DNA from: Gloeobacterales cyanobacterium
GTDB taxonomy: Bacteria; Cyanobacteriota; Cyanobacteriia; Gloeobacterales; PMM-0068
Assembly (NCBI GenBank): GCA_038245785.1
Contig: JBBRSB010000001.1
Coordinates: forward strand, 96,001 to 160,000
Direction: 5' to 3'
Length of the DNA: 64,000 nucleotides
This document shows, piece by piece, positions 30,132 to 40,469 of the stretch (within the stretch, counting starts at the first letter, position 1; each line of letters begins with the position of its first letter). The translations under genes and the position numbers were made by a program. Below the pieces are notes generated by a model, which was not told the DNA's origin, did no database searches, and was given only the letters and a program-made list of their open reading frames with translations.

Positions 30132-31148
30132 ATGAAAAACACCGTAGCTGCAGTGGTTGTCACGTTTAATCGGAAACAACTCCTTTCAGAATGTTTGGAT
30201 GCTCTGCTATCACAAACATATGCTCTAAACAAGATCATCTTGATTGACAATGCTTCTACGGACGGAACCTATAAATTCTTACGAGAGAAAGGCTATTTAG
30301 ATAACTCTTTGATTAATTATATTTGTTTGTCTGAGAATACAGGAGGCGCGGGGGGCTTTCATGAGGGTGCAAGGAGGGCCTACGAAGATGGCTATGAGTG
30401 GATTTGGTTAATGGACGACGATGCTGAACCTCAGTTCGATGCCCTGGAAAAGTTGGCGCAACACTTCGGCCGCGATAAGAACACTGCCTTGGCCTCTACC
30501 GTTATGACCTCGGGACTCATTGCCTGCGAACATAGAGGACTGATTGATTTTCAAAAAGTTTTTCCCACGCTCCAAACACCTTTGCCCATCGGTTCTTACC
30601 AACAGAAGATTGTAGAAATTGATATGGCTTCCTTCGTCGGTATTTTGGTAAACAGACAGATCATTGACAAGATAGGACTGCCAAGAAAAGAGTTTTTTAT
30701 CTATCATGACGATACGGAGTACTGTATTCGCCTAAGGCAAATAGGAAAGATTTTCCTTATTACAGATAGTATTATTTTTCATAAATCTGAATCTGAAAAG
30801 TTAAGAAAAAAGGTGGACTTTCAGGGTGTTAAATTCTCAATGAATCCCCATGATAAGCTATGGTTTGAATATTTTGAAAGACGGAACTTGGTTTGGCTAG
30901 GTATAGTCCATGGAAAAAAAAGACTAGCCTTTTATCTGGGTCTTCTTTTCTATTATTTTAGAAGTCTTCTTAAAATAATTCTTTTTGCTGACTTTAAGCT
31001 TAAGCGCGCTGATTTGTTAACAGCCTCATACTATGATGGCTTAAAAGGAAACTTTGGCAAAAATACTAAGCCAAAAGAAATCTTGTCCGACGAAGGTTTT
31101 AAAAAAAATCAACTACATGTTCAAACGCTTCAAGATTATGAATCCTAA
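30132..31148 (+). CDS. GT2 glycosyltransferase (rhamnosyl/galactofuranosyl-transferase-like)
   Basis: VVVTFNR, IDNASTDGT, ENTGGAGGF, WLMDDD, DDTEY. Confidence 0.92.
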   Translation: MKNTVAAVVVTFNRKQLLSECLDALLSQTYALNKIILIDNASTDGTYKFLREKGYLDNSLINYICLSENTGGAGGFHEGARRAYEDGYEWIWLMDDDAEPQFDALEKLAQHFGRDKNTALASTVMTSGLIACEHRGLIDFQKVFPTLQTPLPIGSYQQKIVEIDMASFVGILVNRQIIDKIGLPRKEFFIYHDDTEYCIRLRQIGKIFLITDSIIFHKSESEKLRKKVDFQGVKFSMNPHDKLWFEYFERRNLVWLGIVHGKKRLAFYLGLLFYYFRSLLKIILFADFKLKRADLLTASYYDGLKGNFGKNTKPKEILSDEGFKKNQLHVQTLQDYES

Positions 31149-32967
31149 ACAGGAATCAAGAGGTGGTAACACAAAGACTATCCAGTTACTCCTTCCCTTC
31201 TTTAAAGACTATCCCTGGCTCATTCCTAGCATTGTCATCCTTGGGACCCTATCCTCTTTGTGCGAAGGGATTGGGCTGGGCTTATTCATACCATTCATCC
31301 AAAGTTTGAGCAGAACTGAAATCCATACCACGGGGAATCGTTTCATTGACTTTGGGAATGGTTTGTTTTCTCACGTTGCTTTGGAGTATCGTCTTCCCCT
31401 GATTGGCCTCTGTATCTTCGGCAGCATTGTCCTCAAAAATGCTTTAAGTTATGGCAACTTGATGCTCTTTTCCTGGTTCAACGGCTGTATTGAAGATCAA
31501 TTGCGTTCCAAAGTTCACCAGCAAATTTTGGACCTGGCGGGTGAATTTATAGAACTGATTCCATCCGGGAAACTGATCAACATGCTGGATGGTGAAACGG
31601 CGCATACAGGGCGCTCTTTGGGCATTTTGGTTAGCCTAATCGTTTGTGTTTGTACGATTGCCGTCTTTACGCTGCTCCTCTTGCTCATCTCCTGGCCGTT
31701 AACGTTGGTCGTAGGAGGATTCATGGCCCTGATCTCCTGGTCAATTCAACTGGTTAAAGGCCGCGTACAGAAGCTAGGAAAAAAAGCGGCTGAGACCAGA
31801 AATACTCTTGCTATACAAATGTTGGAGAACTTGTCGGGACTGAGCGTGATTCGTTCTTTCACCCGAGAAAGAAGCGAACAACAATGTTTTGACGCTAATT
31901 CTCAAAATGTTCGCAATGCGGCTTTTCAGCTAAAAGCGTTAGCCAGTGTTGTAACCCCGCTCTCAGAGATTCTTGCCACTGCTTTGCTGGCAGCGGTACT
32001 TGTGATGGCAGGCCCCTTACTCTTTAAAGACCAGGCTGTTGCTTTGCCGACTTTGCTTACGTTTATTTTTATGCTCTACCGTCTACAGCCTCAGGTTCGG
32101 ATGTTAGATGATTATCGATTGTCTCTGGCTTCCCTGGCCAGCCCAATTGAGCGCGTGGTCGGGTTTTTGGAACGGTCTGACAAACCCTATATCTGTTCTG
32201 GTCCCCGTCCTATTCCCCACTGGAAAGAGGCCATTCGATTCGATCACGTTACCTTCTGCTATGGAACATCAGAATCACCAGCGTTGCAAGATATCTCGTT
32301 TGCTATTCCCAAAGGGAAAACTACTGCTTTAGTGGGTCCTTCTGGCGCAGGCAAATCCACCATTGCCAAACTTATCCCGCGCTTCTACGAAGTGACGGAA
32401 GGTGAAATTTATTTGGACCATGAGCCCCTATGTTCTTATAACCTCACCGATTGGCGTTCCCAAATTGGCATTGTCAGTCAGGATGTTTATGTCTTTAACA
32501 CCACGATTCGAGAAAACATTGCCTACAGTCGCCCGGAGGCCAGCTGGGCGCAAGTTGTGGCGGCTGCCCAACAAGCAAATGCTCATGAATTTATCAGTCA
32601 ACTGCCTCAAGGCTATGACACCGTTGTTGGGAACCGAGGCATTCGGCTTTCTGGGGGTGAACAACAGCGGATTGCAATTGCTCGAGCCGTACTGCTGGAC
32701 CCTAAGATTTTAATTCTTGATGAGGCGACCTCGGCCTTGGACCCTATTTCTGAGCGTCTCATCCAGGAGGCTTTAGCCCGGCTCACGCAGAACCGTACGG
32801 TGATTGTCATTGCTCACCGATTCTCTACTATCGAGCAGGCTGACCAGATTATCGTTTTAGAAAGAGGACGCATTGTAGAGCAGGGTAGTCGTCAGTACCT
32901 GCTTGACCGTAAAGGACTTTATACGCGTCTTCACGAACTGCAAGTTCCTGGTCTTTCCACTGATTAG
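31138..32967 (+). CDS. ABC exporter, fused TMD-NBD (MsbA/HepA-like)
   Basis: TM domain, GPSGAGKST, LSGGEQQR, ILDEATSALD. Confidence 0.93.
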   Translation: MNPKQESRGGNTKTIQLLLPFFKDYPWLIPSIVILGTLSSLCEGIGLGLFIPFIQSLSRTEIHTTGNRFIDFGNGLFSHVALEYRLPLIGLCIFGSIVLKNALSYGNLMLFSWFNGCIEDQLRSKVHQQILDLAGEFIELIPSGKLINMLDGETAHTGRSLGILVSLIVCVCTIAVFTLLLLLISWPLTLVVGGFMALISWSIQLVKGRVQKLGKKAAETRNTLAIQMLENLSGLSVIRSFTRERSEQQCFDANSQNVRNAAFQLKALASVVTPLSEILATALLAAVLVMAGPLLFKDQAVALPTLLTFIFMLYRLQPQVRMLDDYRLSLASLASPIERVVGFLERSDKPYICSGPRPIPHWKEAIRFDHVTFCYGTSESPALQDISFAIPKGKTTALVGPSGAGKSTIAKLIPRFYEVTEGEIYLDHEPLCSYNLTDWRSQIGIVSQDVYVFNTTIRENIAYSRPEASWAQVVAAAQQANAHEFISQLPQGYDTVVGNRGIRLSGGEQQRIAIARAVLLDPKILILDEATSALDPISERLIQEALARLTQNRTVIVIAHRFSTIEQADQIIVLERGRIVEQGSRQYLLDRKGLYTRLHELQVPGLSTD

Positions 32968-33012
32968 CCCTCTGTCTTAAAAGTCTGAAAAGTTACACGC
33001 TTCAAAACTAAA

Positions 33013-35244
33013 ATGCTCATGAACGTATCTGTCATAATCCCTGCTTGTAACGCGGCAGAAACTATAGCTGAGACGCTGGAATCTCTATGCTCTCAGACTT
33101 TTGGGAATTGGGAAGCCGTGGTAGTTATCAACGACTCCAGCGATGAAACCGATGCTGTGGTAACAGGTTTCTCAAAACGAGATTCTCGGATTCGGACCGT
33201 AAGCCAATCGCAAAAGGGCGTAAGTGCTGCTCGGAACACGGGCCTTAGCCTGGCTCGTTTTGAATGGATACTCTTCTTAGATGCTGATGATTGGATTGCC
33301 CCTTCTTATTTTGAGCAGATGATGGCTGTTCTCTTACGAACCCCTGCGCTGGATGCTGTTAATTGTGGTTGGGCTCGTGTCGCCAGTGATGGAACTACCT
33401 ACCGCTACAGTAATGACTGTTCATCGGGAGATATATTCTCTAGGGCCGCCCATGTTTGTCCCTTTGCCATGCATGCCTGCATTGTTCGTCGTGCCCTCAT
33501 TCAGTCCGTTGGCGGCTTTGATATTTCCTTATCAAGCTGTGAAGACTGGGATCTCTGGCAGCGGATTGCTCGTACAGGTGCTCGCTTCGCTGCCGTAAAT
33601 GAAATACTTGCCTTCTATCGGGTACGCCCAGGTTCATCCTCTACGGATGGAGTCCAGCTGTTGACGGATGGCCTTCTGGTCCTTACACAGGGGTACTCTC
33701 CTGATCCGCGCGTAATGAACCCGAAACCCAGTCATGCTGAGGGTCTATCCAGAGAAACCCTCAGTATTTGCAAGATCCGTTTTGCCAGCTGGTGTGCAGG
33801 ACTTCTCCTGGGTCGCCATGAAGATGCTCGCCCCCTGCTTAGCCTCCTAGACTATGGGCCTATTCCCCAACTGGAGCCAGCGGTGGTGGGTCGCTGTATC
33901 TTTGAAGCTGGGGTTTTACCTGGGGGCTTTGCCCCTGTGGCCTGGATCAAACTATGGCCTCAAATTGGACGACATATTGATACATTCCTGCTTGCGCTTG
34001 AAGAGCACCTTCAACATCCAGGATTGGCTCGTTACGCTCGTGCTTCTTTAGAGAGAGAGATTTTAGATCATGCCTCAACCCTATGGCCGCAGACCATTGG
34101 AGCTACCTATGCAGTGCATATTGAACTTACAGAGTCCATACCCGATATTTTTCCGCCCGCTTTAGTCGAACGCCTTCTATGCAGTGTCGAACTGAAGGGG
34201 AGACGTATCGGCACAGTTGTCTTACCCGCGCTCTATGGGCCCGTTTACGGACCCGCTATTGCAAAGGCTATTATTCATGAATTTACGCGTGGTTTTTTAC
34301 GACCTTCCACTAACCTCAGCAAGCGATTCGTTCCAAACGTACAAAAATTTAAGCAGGACAAGAGCTTTTCAGAAAGAGTGGCTAATTTCCTATCACGAGT
34401 AGGCCTAGCTGCTCTTCGGCTCGTTGCTTTAAGCCTTTTAGTCCAAGGACGCTTGAGGAATCGGCTCAATAGGTCTTTCAGCCGTTCCCGACCTTCTTCA
34501 GAATCATCAAAATCTGAGCTTCCTGCTGATAAGCCATCGGTCACCGAGCAGCTTCCTATTCTTATGTACCACCGCATAGCCTCATCGGGTTTACCAGATC
34601 TAGCCCGTTATCGTGTAACTCCCGAAGCCTTTGAGGAGCAGCTTCGTTATTTAAAAGATGCAGGATTTTATAGCATTAAGCTTGAGGACTGGCATGCTGC
34701 TGTGCAGGCGAGGAAATCTCTGCCAGAACGGGCAGTGCTCATTACTTTTGATGATGGATATTTAGATTTTCAAACCTATGCCTGGCCCCTGCTAAAGCGC
34801 TATGGCTTCTCAGCCACGGTTTTTCTGGTCTCTGGTAATGTCGGTCAATTTAATAGCTGGGACCAAAAGAACTATAAAGAGGAAGTCCCTCTTCTTGGAT
34901 GGGAGGATATCCTCCAGCTTCAACGGGAAGGCGTGGAGTTTGGCTGTCATTCGGTAAGCCACGATCCAATGACTAAACTTTCTATCAAAGAAGTTATGTA
35001 CGAGGGCACACAAGCACAGTTAGTCCTTGAGCGAGAGCTAGGCAAGAAGATGGTTGCTTTTGCCTATCCTTACGGCGATGTCGACTGGGTAGTTCAGCAT
35101 CTTATTGAAGATTGCGGCTATACGTTTGGTTTATCTTGCCGTTCAGGTAAAAGCGCTTTTCAAGATTCATTAATTGCTCTACCTCGTATTGAAATAAAAG
35201 GCTCGGATAGCTTACAAGAGTTTATCAGAAAGCTCAACGAGTAG
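33013..35244 (+). CDS. GT2 plus NodB-type polysaccharide deacetylase fusion
   Basis: SVIIPA, FLDADD, EDWDLW (GT2); ILMYHRI, ITFDDGY, FGCHSVSH, FAYPYG (CE4). Confidence 0.9.
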   Translation: MLMNVSVIIPACNAAETIAETLESLCSQTFGNWEAVVVINDSSDETDAVVTGFSKRDSRIRTVSQSQKGVSAARNTGLSLARFEWILFLDADDWIAPSYFEQMMAVLLRTPALDAVNCGWARVASDGTTYRYSNDCSSGDIFSRAAHVCPFAMHACIVRRALIQSVGGFDISLSSCEDWDLWQRIARTGARFAAVNEILAFYRVRPGSSSTDGVQLLTDGLLVLTQGYSPDPRVMNPKPSHAEGLSRETLSICKIRFASWCAGLLLGRHEDARPLLSLLDYGPIPQLEPAVVGRCIFEAGVLPGGFAPVAWIKLWPQIGRHIDTFLLALEEHLQHPGLARYARASLEREILDHASTLWPQTIGATYAVHIELTESIPDIFPPALVERLLCSVELKGRRIGTVVLPALYGPVYGPAIAKAIIHEFTRGFLRPSTNLSKRFVPNVQKFKQDKSFSERVANFLSRVGLAALRLVALSLLVQGRLRNRLNRSFSRSRPSSESSKSELPADKPSVTEQLPILMYHRIASSGLPDLARYRVTPEAFEEQLRYLKDAGFYSIKLEDWHAAVQARKSLPERAVLITFDDGYLDFQTYAWPLLKRYGFSATVFLVSGNVGQFNSWDQKNYKEEVPLLGWEDILQLQREGVEFGCHSVSHDPMTKLSIKEVMYEGTQAQLVLERELGKKMVAFAYPYGDVDWVVQHLIEDCGYTFGLSCRSGKSAFQDSLIALPRIEIKGSDSLQEFIRKLNE

Positions 35245-35298
35245 TCAGCTATTCCTGCAATAAGCTAAAAAACTCTATCTCAATTAAAGACAAGCTAA

Positions 35299-36330
35299 AT
35301 GAAAGAAAAGTTGGTCGCATTTTCGACTGAAGAAATTAAAAAAATAATTTTGTCAGATTTTCCTGACTTTATCATTGAAGATATTCATTTTCTTACACAA
35401 GGTTGGGATAATTTTGTCTACAGGGTAAATAGTAGATATATTTTTAGATTCCCAAAGAGTTCATATAACGAACATCAACTAAAGACAGAAATTCTCTTGC
35501 TTAAAAAGCTTTCAAGTCAGGTTTTTGTGCCTGTTCCTGTCTTTCAATTCATCGGCAAAGAATCCTCAGTAGTGTTTTCTCCAGCTGCTGAAAGTAAGCT
35601 TACAAGGAGAATACAATTATTGAAAAAAATCGCACGTCGAGGCATACCCATAGATGATTTCAGTAAGCTAAGAGCAGTGCTATATAATAAAATTTTTGTA
35701 GGGTATGAAGAAATCCATGGCTCTGCTCTAAAAAAGAACGTTCTGAGTCAACTTTCAGCAGAGCAGCAGGATGAAGTCGCACAGGTAATTACTAGGTTTT
35801 TGTCATCTTTACATTCTTTCTGCATTGATGAAGCAAGGAATATAGGGATTGATGAACGACATAATAAAAAACATTACGAACTTCTTTTCAATGAAGTTCA
35901 AAGTTCTATATTTCCTCGTTTGATACCAGAACATTGCAGCATCATATCAGAGCTATTTTATAGCTATATCAGTGACGTGGAAAATCATGTCTATCAGCCA
36001 GCACTACTGCATGGAGATTTATCTTCTAATCATATTCTGTTTGATAAATCTATGGATAAAACAACAGGGATTATAGATTTTGGAGAAGCTTGCATAGGAG
36101 ATCCAGACTATGACTTAACTCATCTAGCGTGGGATTATGGTGAGGACTTCTTAAAAGTTATGCTCAAGTATTATGCTGCTAAAGACCCAAATAGGCTACT
36201 GAAAAAGCTGAAGTTCTTCCAGTGTTTTCATCGTTTGGACATTATGTGCTACGGCGTAAGAACAAAAGACAAAGAGCTCTTTAATAAGGGTTGGATATTA
36301 CTCAGAAAGACTCTTCCTGAGCTTGATTAG
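35299..36330 (+). CDS. Aminoglycoside phosphotransferase (APH)-family kinase
   Basis: GWDN, FRFPK, Brenner motif LHGDLSSNHIL, GIIDFG, DPDYDL; visibly AT-rich. Confidence 0.88.
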   Translation: MKEKLVAFSTEEIKKIILSDFPDFIIEDIHFLTQGWDNFVYRVNSRYIFRFPKSSYNEHQLKTEILLLKKLSSQVFVPVPVFQFIGKESSVVFSPAAESKLTRRIQLLKKIARRGIPIDDFSKLRAVLYNKIFVGYEEIHGSALKKNVLSQLSAEQQDEVAQVITRFLSSLHSFCIDEARNIGIDERHNKKHYELLFNEVQSSIFPRLIPEHCSIISELFYSYISDVENHVYQPALLHGDLSSNHILFDKSMDKTTGIIDFGEACIGDPDYDLTHLAWDYGEDFLKVMLKYYAAKDPNRLLKKLKFFQCFHRLDIMCYGVRTKDKELFNKGWILLRKTLPELD

Positions 36331-36680
36331 CCAGAGTTTATCTGACATCCTCATTTATATAAGTATCTGGTGCAAACAGGTCATGAATGAGCAGGTCGAA
36401 TCTATAAAGATGAATAAGAGCTGGTAAGTTGAACTCCTGACTGATCAAATTTCATCAGATGCTATGTACGGTCTTTGTCAATTCAAAGACGTGGTTTCCA
36501 ACATTTTGCCTGAAGGTTCATGATTGGGTTCAATTCTGGATAATCCCAAAACATTTCGCCGTACGTCGTGTAGCAGACGCGACATGTCATGTCTCTACCG
36601 CACACAAACAGGGGATAATGGCAATTGGGTGGAATGGCATACCTATGCGGAAACCAGAATCATAAAATTGCCTATCAACA

Positions 36681-38951
36681 TTAACCATCTTGCCGCAAAT
36701 CTAAGGTCAACGGATATTCAGGACTGATATATAAAGTGGGCACGCTAACTTTTCCTGTGGCGGGTTTAAGCGCCATAAATCGTTCTTTCATACGGGATGT
36801 TGCTTCTTGAGGACTGGTGGGAAACTTTTCATAGGCTTCCCCATTGGGTCGATTCACATGGTATATACAACCGCCTAGGGATTTTTCTTCTTGAGTATCG
36901 ATTAGGTTAAATACCAGGGGGCTGTGGGGATCGATAGAAGGGTGTAAGGACGCAGCAAATTGTCTCGCTCGAAAACGTACCCCGCCTAAATATTCACCAG
37001 GTGTTCCTGTTGATTTTAGAGGGACTAGTCGATCATTACAGGTCACGACATAATGAGATGAAAAGTTATCCTCTTCTGAAGAGCTTCCTATTGCTCCGCG
37101 CAGCGTAACTTGCATCCGTTCCATAGAAGAGTCTACATAGCGAGCTGTCTGGCCTCCTATAGTTTCTTCTCCCAATACATGCCACGGTTCAATCGCATGG
37201 TGCAACTCTAATTGGAGCGCAGTATGGTCAAGTGCCTGTAGCGTAACGTCACCATAACGGGGAAAACGAAATTCAAAGAAAGGCTCAAACCATTCGGACT
37301 TGAAGGGATAACCTGATTGCTCTAGATCGGCTATTATCTCCTTTAAATCTTCCCCAAGGTAATAGGGCAGCATAAAACGATCGTGCAGTGTAGTTCCCCA
37401 GCGAATGAGACGCTCCGTATATGGTTTTTCCCAAAACCAAGCAACTAACGCACGAATCAGTAGCATTTGGAGCAAGCTCATCTGCACATGGGGAGACATA
37501 GAAAATGCTCGAAATTCTAATAGCCCCAACTGCGTACGATAATTTTCCATGGGGAATAATTTATCAATACAAAAGGCAGTGCGATGCGTGTTGCCTGTGA
37601 CATCTATTAATAGATTGCGCAATAGGCGATCCACTAAGAATGCAGGCACTTCTTGGTTAGGTTTTAAGGTTTGAAAGGCAATTTCCAACTCATATAAACT
37701 CTCATGCCGAGCCTCATCAACCCGAGGAGCTTGACTGGTAGGACCCACAAAAAGTCCGGCAAATAAATAGGAGAGACTGGGATGGTTTTGCCAATAGCTA
37801 ATCAAACTCCGCAGTAAATCGGGGCGTCGCAGGAGTGGGCTTTCTTCGGTAGTTCGACCGCCAATCGTGATGTGTGCGCCTCCACCCGTATCTACACGAC
37901 GACCATCTTTGGCATATTTCTCGATGCCAAGACCACATTTTTCAGCCTCTTCCTGGAGTATGGTGTGGATTTTGATTAGATCCTGCCAACTGGCTGCCGG
38001 ATGAATATTCACCTCAATCACACCAGGGTCCGGTGTAATTTGGAAACCAATAATCCCTGCATTTCCAAGAGGAGGATAGCCCTCAATTAAAATGGGAATT
38101 CCTGCTTCTCCTGCACTGTCTTCAATGGCCGCAATTAAATCGGCATACCCTCTAGCTGAACTAAAGGGAGGAAGAAAAACGTGCAAAAGTCCGTCTCTCA
38201 CTTCTATACTCAGCGCTACTCGAATCGAATTATCAGGTGACGCAACTGGGATAGGACTGGGAGCAATGGATTCACTATCCAGAGAAACAATTGCTTCTTC
38301 CTCCAAGTCTTCCACCCAAGGAATCATCCCTAAAGGTAAACGCAATCCCAGAGGAGAATAGCCTTGGATGAGTTGGAGCCTATTTTCCGGTGGGGTCCAG
38401 CGACAGCTTTGCCAATGTAAGGGCAATTCTTCTTCCCGGCGGACTGCCAAGAGAGGCAAAGTGTAACCAGCTAGCTCATTGGTTTCAGGTTCATAGGCAG
38501 GCAGTACATATTCTGGTGATATCCCTAAGCGTTGGATTAAAGCCTGGATGAAAATAGCTACTTCTTGCTGGGTATGGCTATAATCCTTGCCTTCCATAGC
38601 GAGGAGCTTAGGATTGCGCCAAAGGGGAACCCCATCTTCGCGCCAGTAACAAGCCAAAGCCCATCGGGGCATCGCTTCTCCGGGATACCATTTCCCTTGC
38701 CCATAGTGCAATAGCCCACCTTGGGCAGAGAATCTAGGACCAAGGCGACTCAGCAGTTTTCTGGCTAATGCTCGTTTCTCGTCTCCCAGTGCTGCAACTT
38801 GCCATTGCAAAGATTCAAAGTCGTCCGTGGAGACAAAAGTAGGCTCTCCTCCCATGGTCAAGCCGACACCCAAGCGGTTGAGCTGTTTTTCTACCTGTTG
38901 CCCTAATGCATCAATCTCTCGCCATTGCTCTTCGGTATAGGGGTGGCTCAC
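36681..38951 (-). CDS. DUF2126 putative amidoligase (no N-terminal transglutaminase domain)
   Basis: LTMGGEPTFVS, GQGKWYPGE..PRW, TPDPGVIEVN, TGGGAHITIGG, GLLEFRAF, EYPLTLDLR. Confidence 0.88.
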   Translation of the reverse strand: MSHPYTEEQWREIDALGQQVEKQLNRLGVGLTMGGEPTFVSTDDFESLQWQVAALGDEKRALARKLLSRLGPRFSAQGGLLHYGQGKWYPGEAMPRWALACYWREDGVPLWRNPKLLAMEGKDYSHTQQEVAIFIQALIQRLGISPEYVLPAYEPETNELAGYTLPLLAVRREEELPLHWQSCRWTPPENRLQLIQGYSPLGLRLPLGMIPWVEDLEEEAIVSLDSESIAPSPIPVASPDNSIRVALSIEVRDGLLHVFLPPFSSARGYADLIAAIEDSAGEAGIPILIEGYPPLGNAGIIGFQITPDPGVIEVNIHPAASWQDLIKIHTILQEEAEKCGLGIEKYAKDGRRVDTGGGAHITIGGRTTEESPLLRRPDLLRSLISYWQNHPSLSYLFAGLFVGPTSQAPRVDEARHESLYELEIAFQTLKPNQEVPAFLVDRLLRNLLIDVTGNTHRTAFCIDKLFPMENYRTQLGLLEFRAFSMSPHVQMSLLQMLLIRALVAWFWEKPYTERLIRWGTTLHDRFMLPYYLGEDLKEIIADLEQSGYPFKSEWFEPFFEFRFPRYGDVTLQALDHTALQLELHHAIEPWHVLGEETIGGQTARYVDSSMERMQVTLRGAIGSSSEEDNFSSHYVVTCNDRLVPLKSTGTPGEYLGGVRFRARQFAASLHPSIDPHSPLVFNLIDTQEEKSLGGCIYHVNRPNGEAYEKFPTSPQEATSRMKERFMALKPATGKVSVPTLYISPEYPLTLDLRQDG

Positions 38952-38975
38952 GCTGGGAGATTCCTCTTGGGTGAA

Positions 38976-39611
38976 TTAAACAAGACGGTGACCACAACTA
39001 GAACAGAAGCGGTCTTCAGGCTCGACGGCGGTGCCACATTGACTGCAAAAGCGGCGGGTGCTCGTTGTACCTGCCGCCGCAGGCTTATCGGCAGCGATAG
39101 GTGGACTTGGAGTTTTTGGAGTACTCGAAACTGCAGGCGAACCCATGCGCATTTCCATATCTCCCATCCGCATTTCCATGGGGTTCATCTGCATGCCCCC
39201 CATGCTCATCGGTTTCATGGGCTCCATCGGCTTCATCGGGCTCATCTGCATCCCTCCCATATTCATCGGCTTCATCGGCTCCATCGGAGGCATAGAAGAG
39301 GAAGGGATACCCGCCACTTGTTGTACTTGCATTTGCTGAGAACCGCTGAGGGAGGGCGATCCTGCCATCACCTGCATGCTACTTCCTTGGATATGAATAA
39401 AATGTTCGCCCTGCGCTGTGGTAACTTTCAGAACCGCTCCGCCTGTGGTCTGAAAAATTTCAGGGGGAACACTCCAAGCTCCTGTATGAAAACCAGTACT
39501 GGACTGCTGCTGTTGTCCAGGACCACCGCTCATAGTGGTGACAACTGTCTGCGTTCCCTGATTATCAAGATAAATTCTTTGGCCTGTGCCTAGCTCGCAT
39601 GCATAAGCCAT
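38976..39611 (-). CDS. Zinc-ribbon protein with Met/Pro-rich repeats
   Basis: MPPMEPMKPMNMGGMQM repeats; C-terminal FCSQCG...FCSSCG. Confidence 0.8.
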   Translation of the reverse strand: MAYACELGTGQRIYLDNQGTQTVVTTMSGGPGQQQQSSTGFHTGAWSVPPEIFQTTGGAVLKVTTAQGEHFIHIQGSSMQVMAGSPSLSGSQQMQVQQVAGIPSSSMPPMEPMKPMNMGGMQMSPMKPMEPMKPMSMGGMQMNPMEMRMGDMEMRMGSPAVSSTPKTPSPPIAADKPAAAGTTSTRRFCSQCGTAVEPEDRFCSSCGHRLV

Positions 39612-40057
39612 AGGCGCCTCATCAGTATGAAAAAGTTCTTTTATTGTCATCTTTCGGTAGTGACAGATTGCTGATTCTTAACAATTGTATTAGCTGAAAG
39701 TTTATGGTGATACCTCTGTAGCGCATACATACAGGAGACTGATCAATCTGGAGCGCTTATCATGCTGATTTTGCATGGAAACGATAACGTTAATGCATCA
39801 TAAATTACTCGACTCAGCGCTCTAATTACCAGATGTTTTGCATTAAGAAATCTACCGTTCATTCATTAATCACAGTTGTAGTGGTGCATATCTCCATTGA
39901 TAGGCACAGAAGTACGAAATTCTGCAAATACAGCGGAATCCTCTTTCTCCAAGAAGATAGATGATAATTCTTAATCTTTCTTTGTCCAGGGTTACAATTG
40001 ACGGACGCTGATATTTATATCAACCGCAATTATGGAATGGTTTGCCCACGTTGACCC

Positions 40058-40324
40058 ATGAACGCTGAGCCTCAAGTCAAAACCACCATATTCGACACCC
40101 AAGCGGGTTTTGAGCATTTTTGGGCTGGATTGAAACGAGAGGGCTTCCGCAAGGTAAAAGTGCTATATCACGGACGCACCCGCCGATGGAAGGTGGAAAC
40201 CCTCTGTGAAAATCTGGATGACCCAGAACGCCTGCAAAAATTGGAGCATGAGGCCAAAGATATAGAGGAAGCCGCCCAGCATCTTGAGCGGATGGTCTAC
40301 CCGCCTAGGTCTTGGGATGAATGA
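40058..40324 (+). CDS. Hypothetical protein
   Basis: 88 aa ATG ORF in an otherwise empty gap. Confidence 0.5.
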   Translation: MNAEPQVKTTIFDTQAGFEHFWAGLKREGFRKVKVLYHGRTRRWKVETLCENLDDPERLQKLEHEAKDIEEAAQHLERMVYPPRSWDE

Positions 40325-40469
40325 AGTTACATCACCTTGTCATCTGAGACTAGAGGTTGGACCATAGAGACACGATAAGGTCAACCATTGGCTAAACTCT
40401 AGCGCCTAGAGATAGTGAGCAAAGCAGTTTGAGTTTTGGGTGAATCGGAAGGGGAGTAGCTAAAGCACG

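Noticed and set aside
36459..36727. Short ORFs between the APH kinase and DUF2126 genes
   Set aside because: No recognisable family or RBS; one overlaps the convergent gene end
38925..39593. His-rich 222-aa + strand ORF
   Set aside because: His runs are the antisense reading (CAT) of the Met repeats in the zinc-ribbon gene
39718..39732. NtcA-like site upstream of the zinc-ribbon/DUF2126 genes
   Set aside because: Spacing is GTA-N9-TAC, not N8
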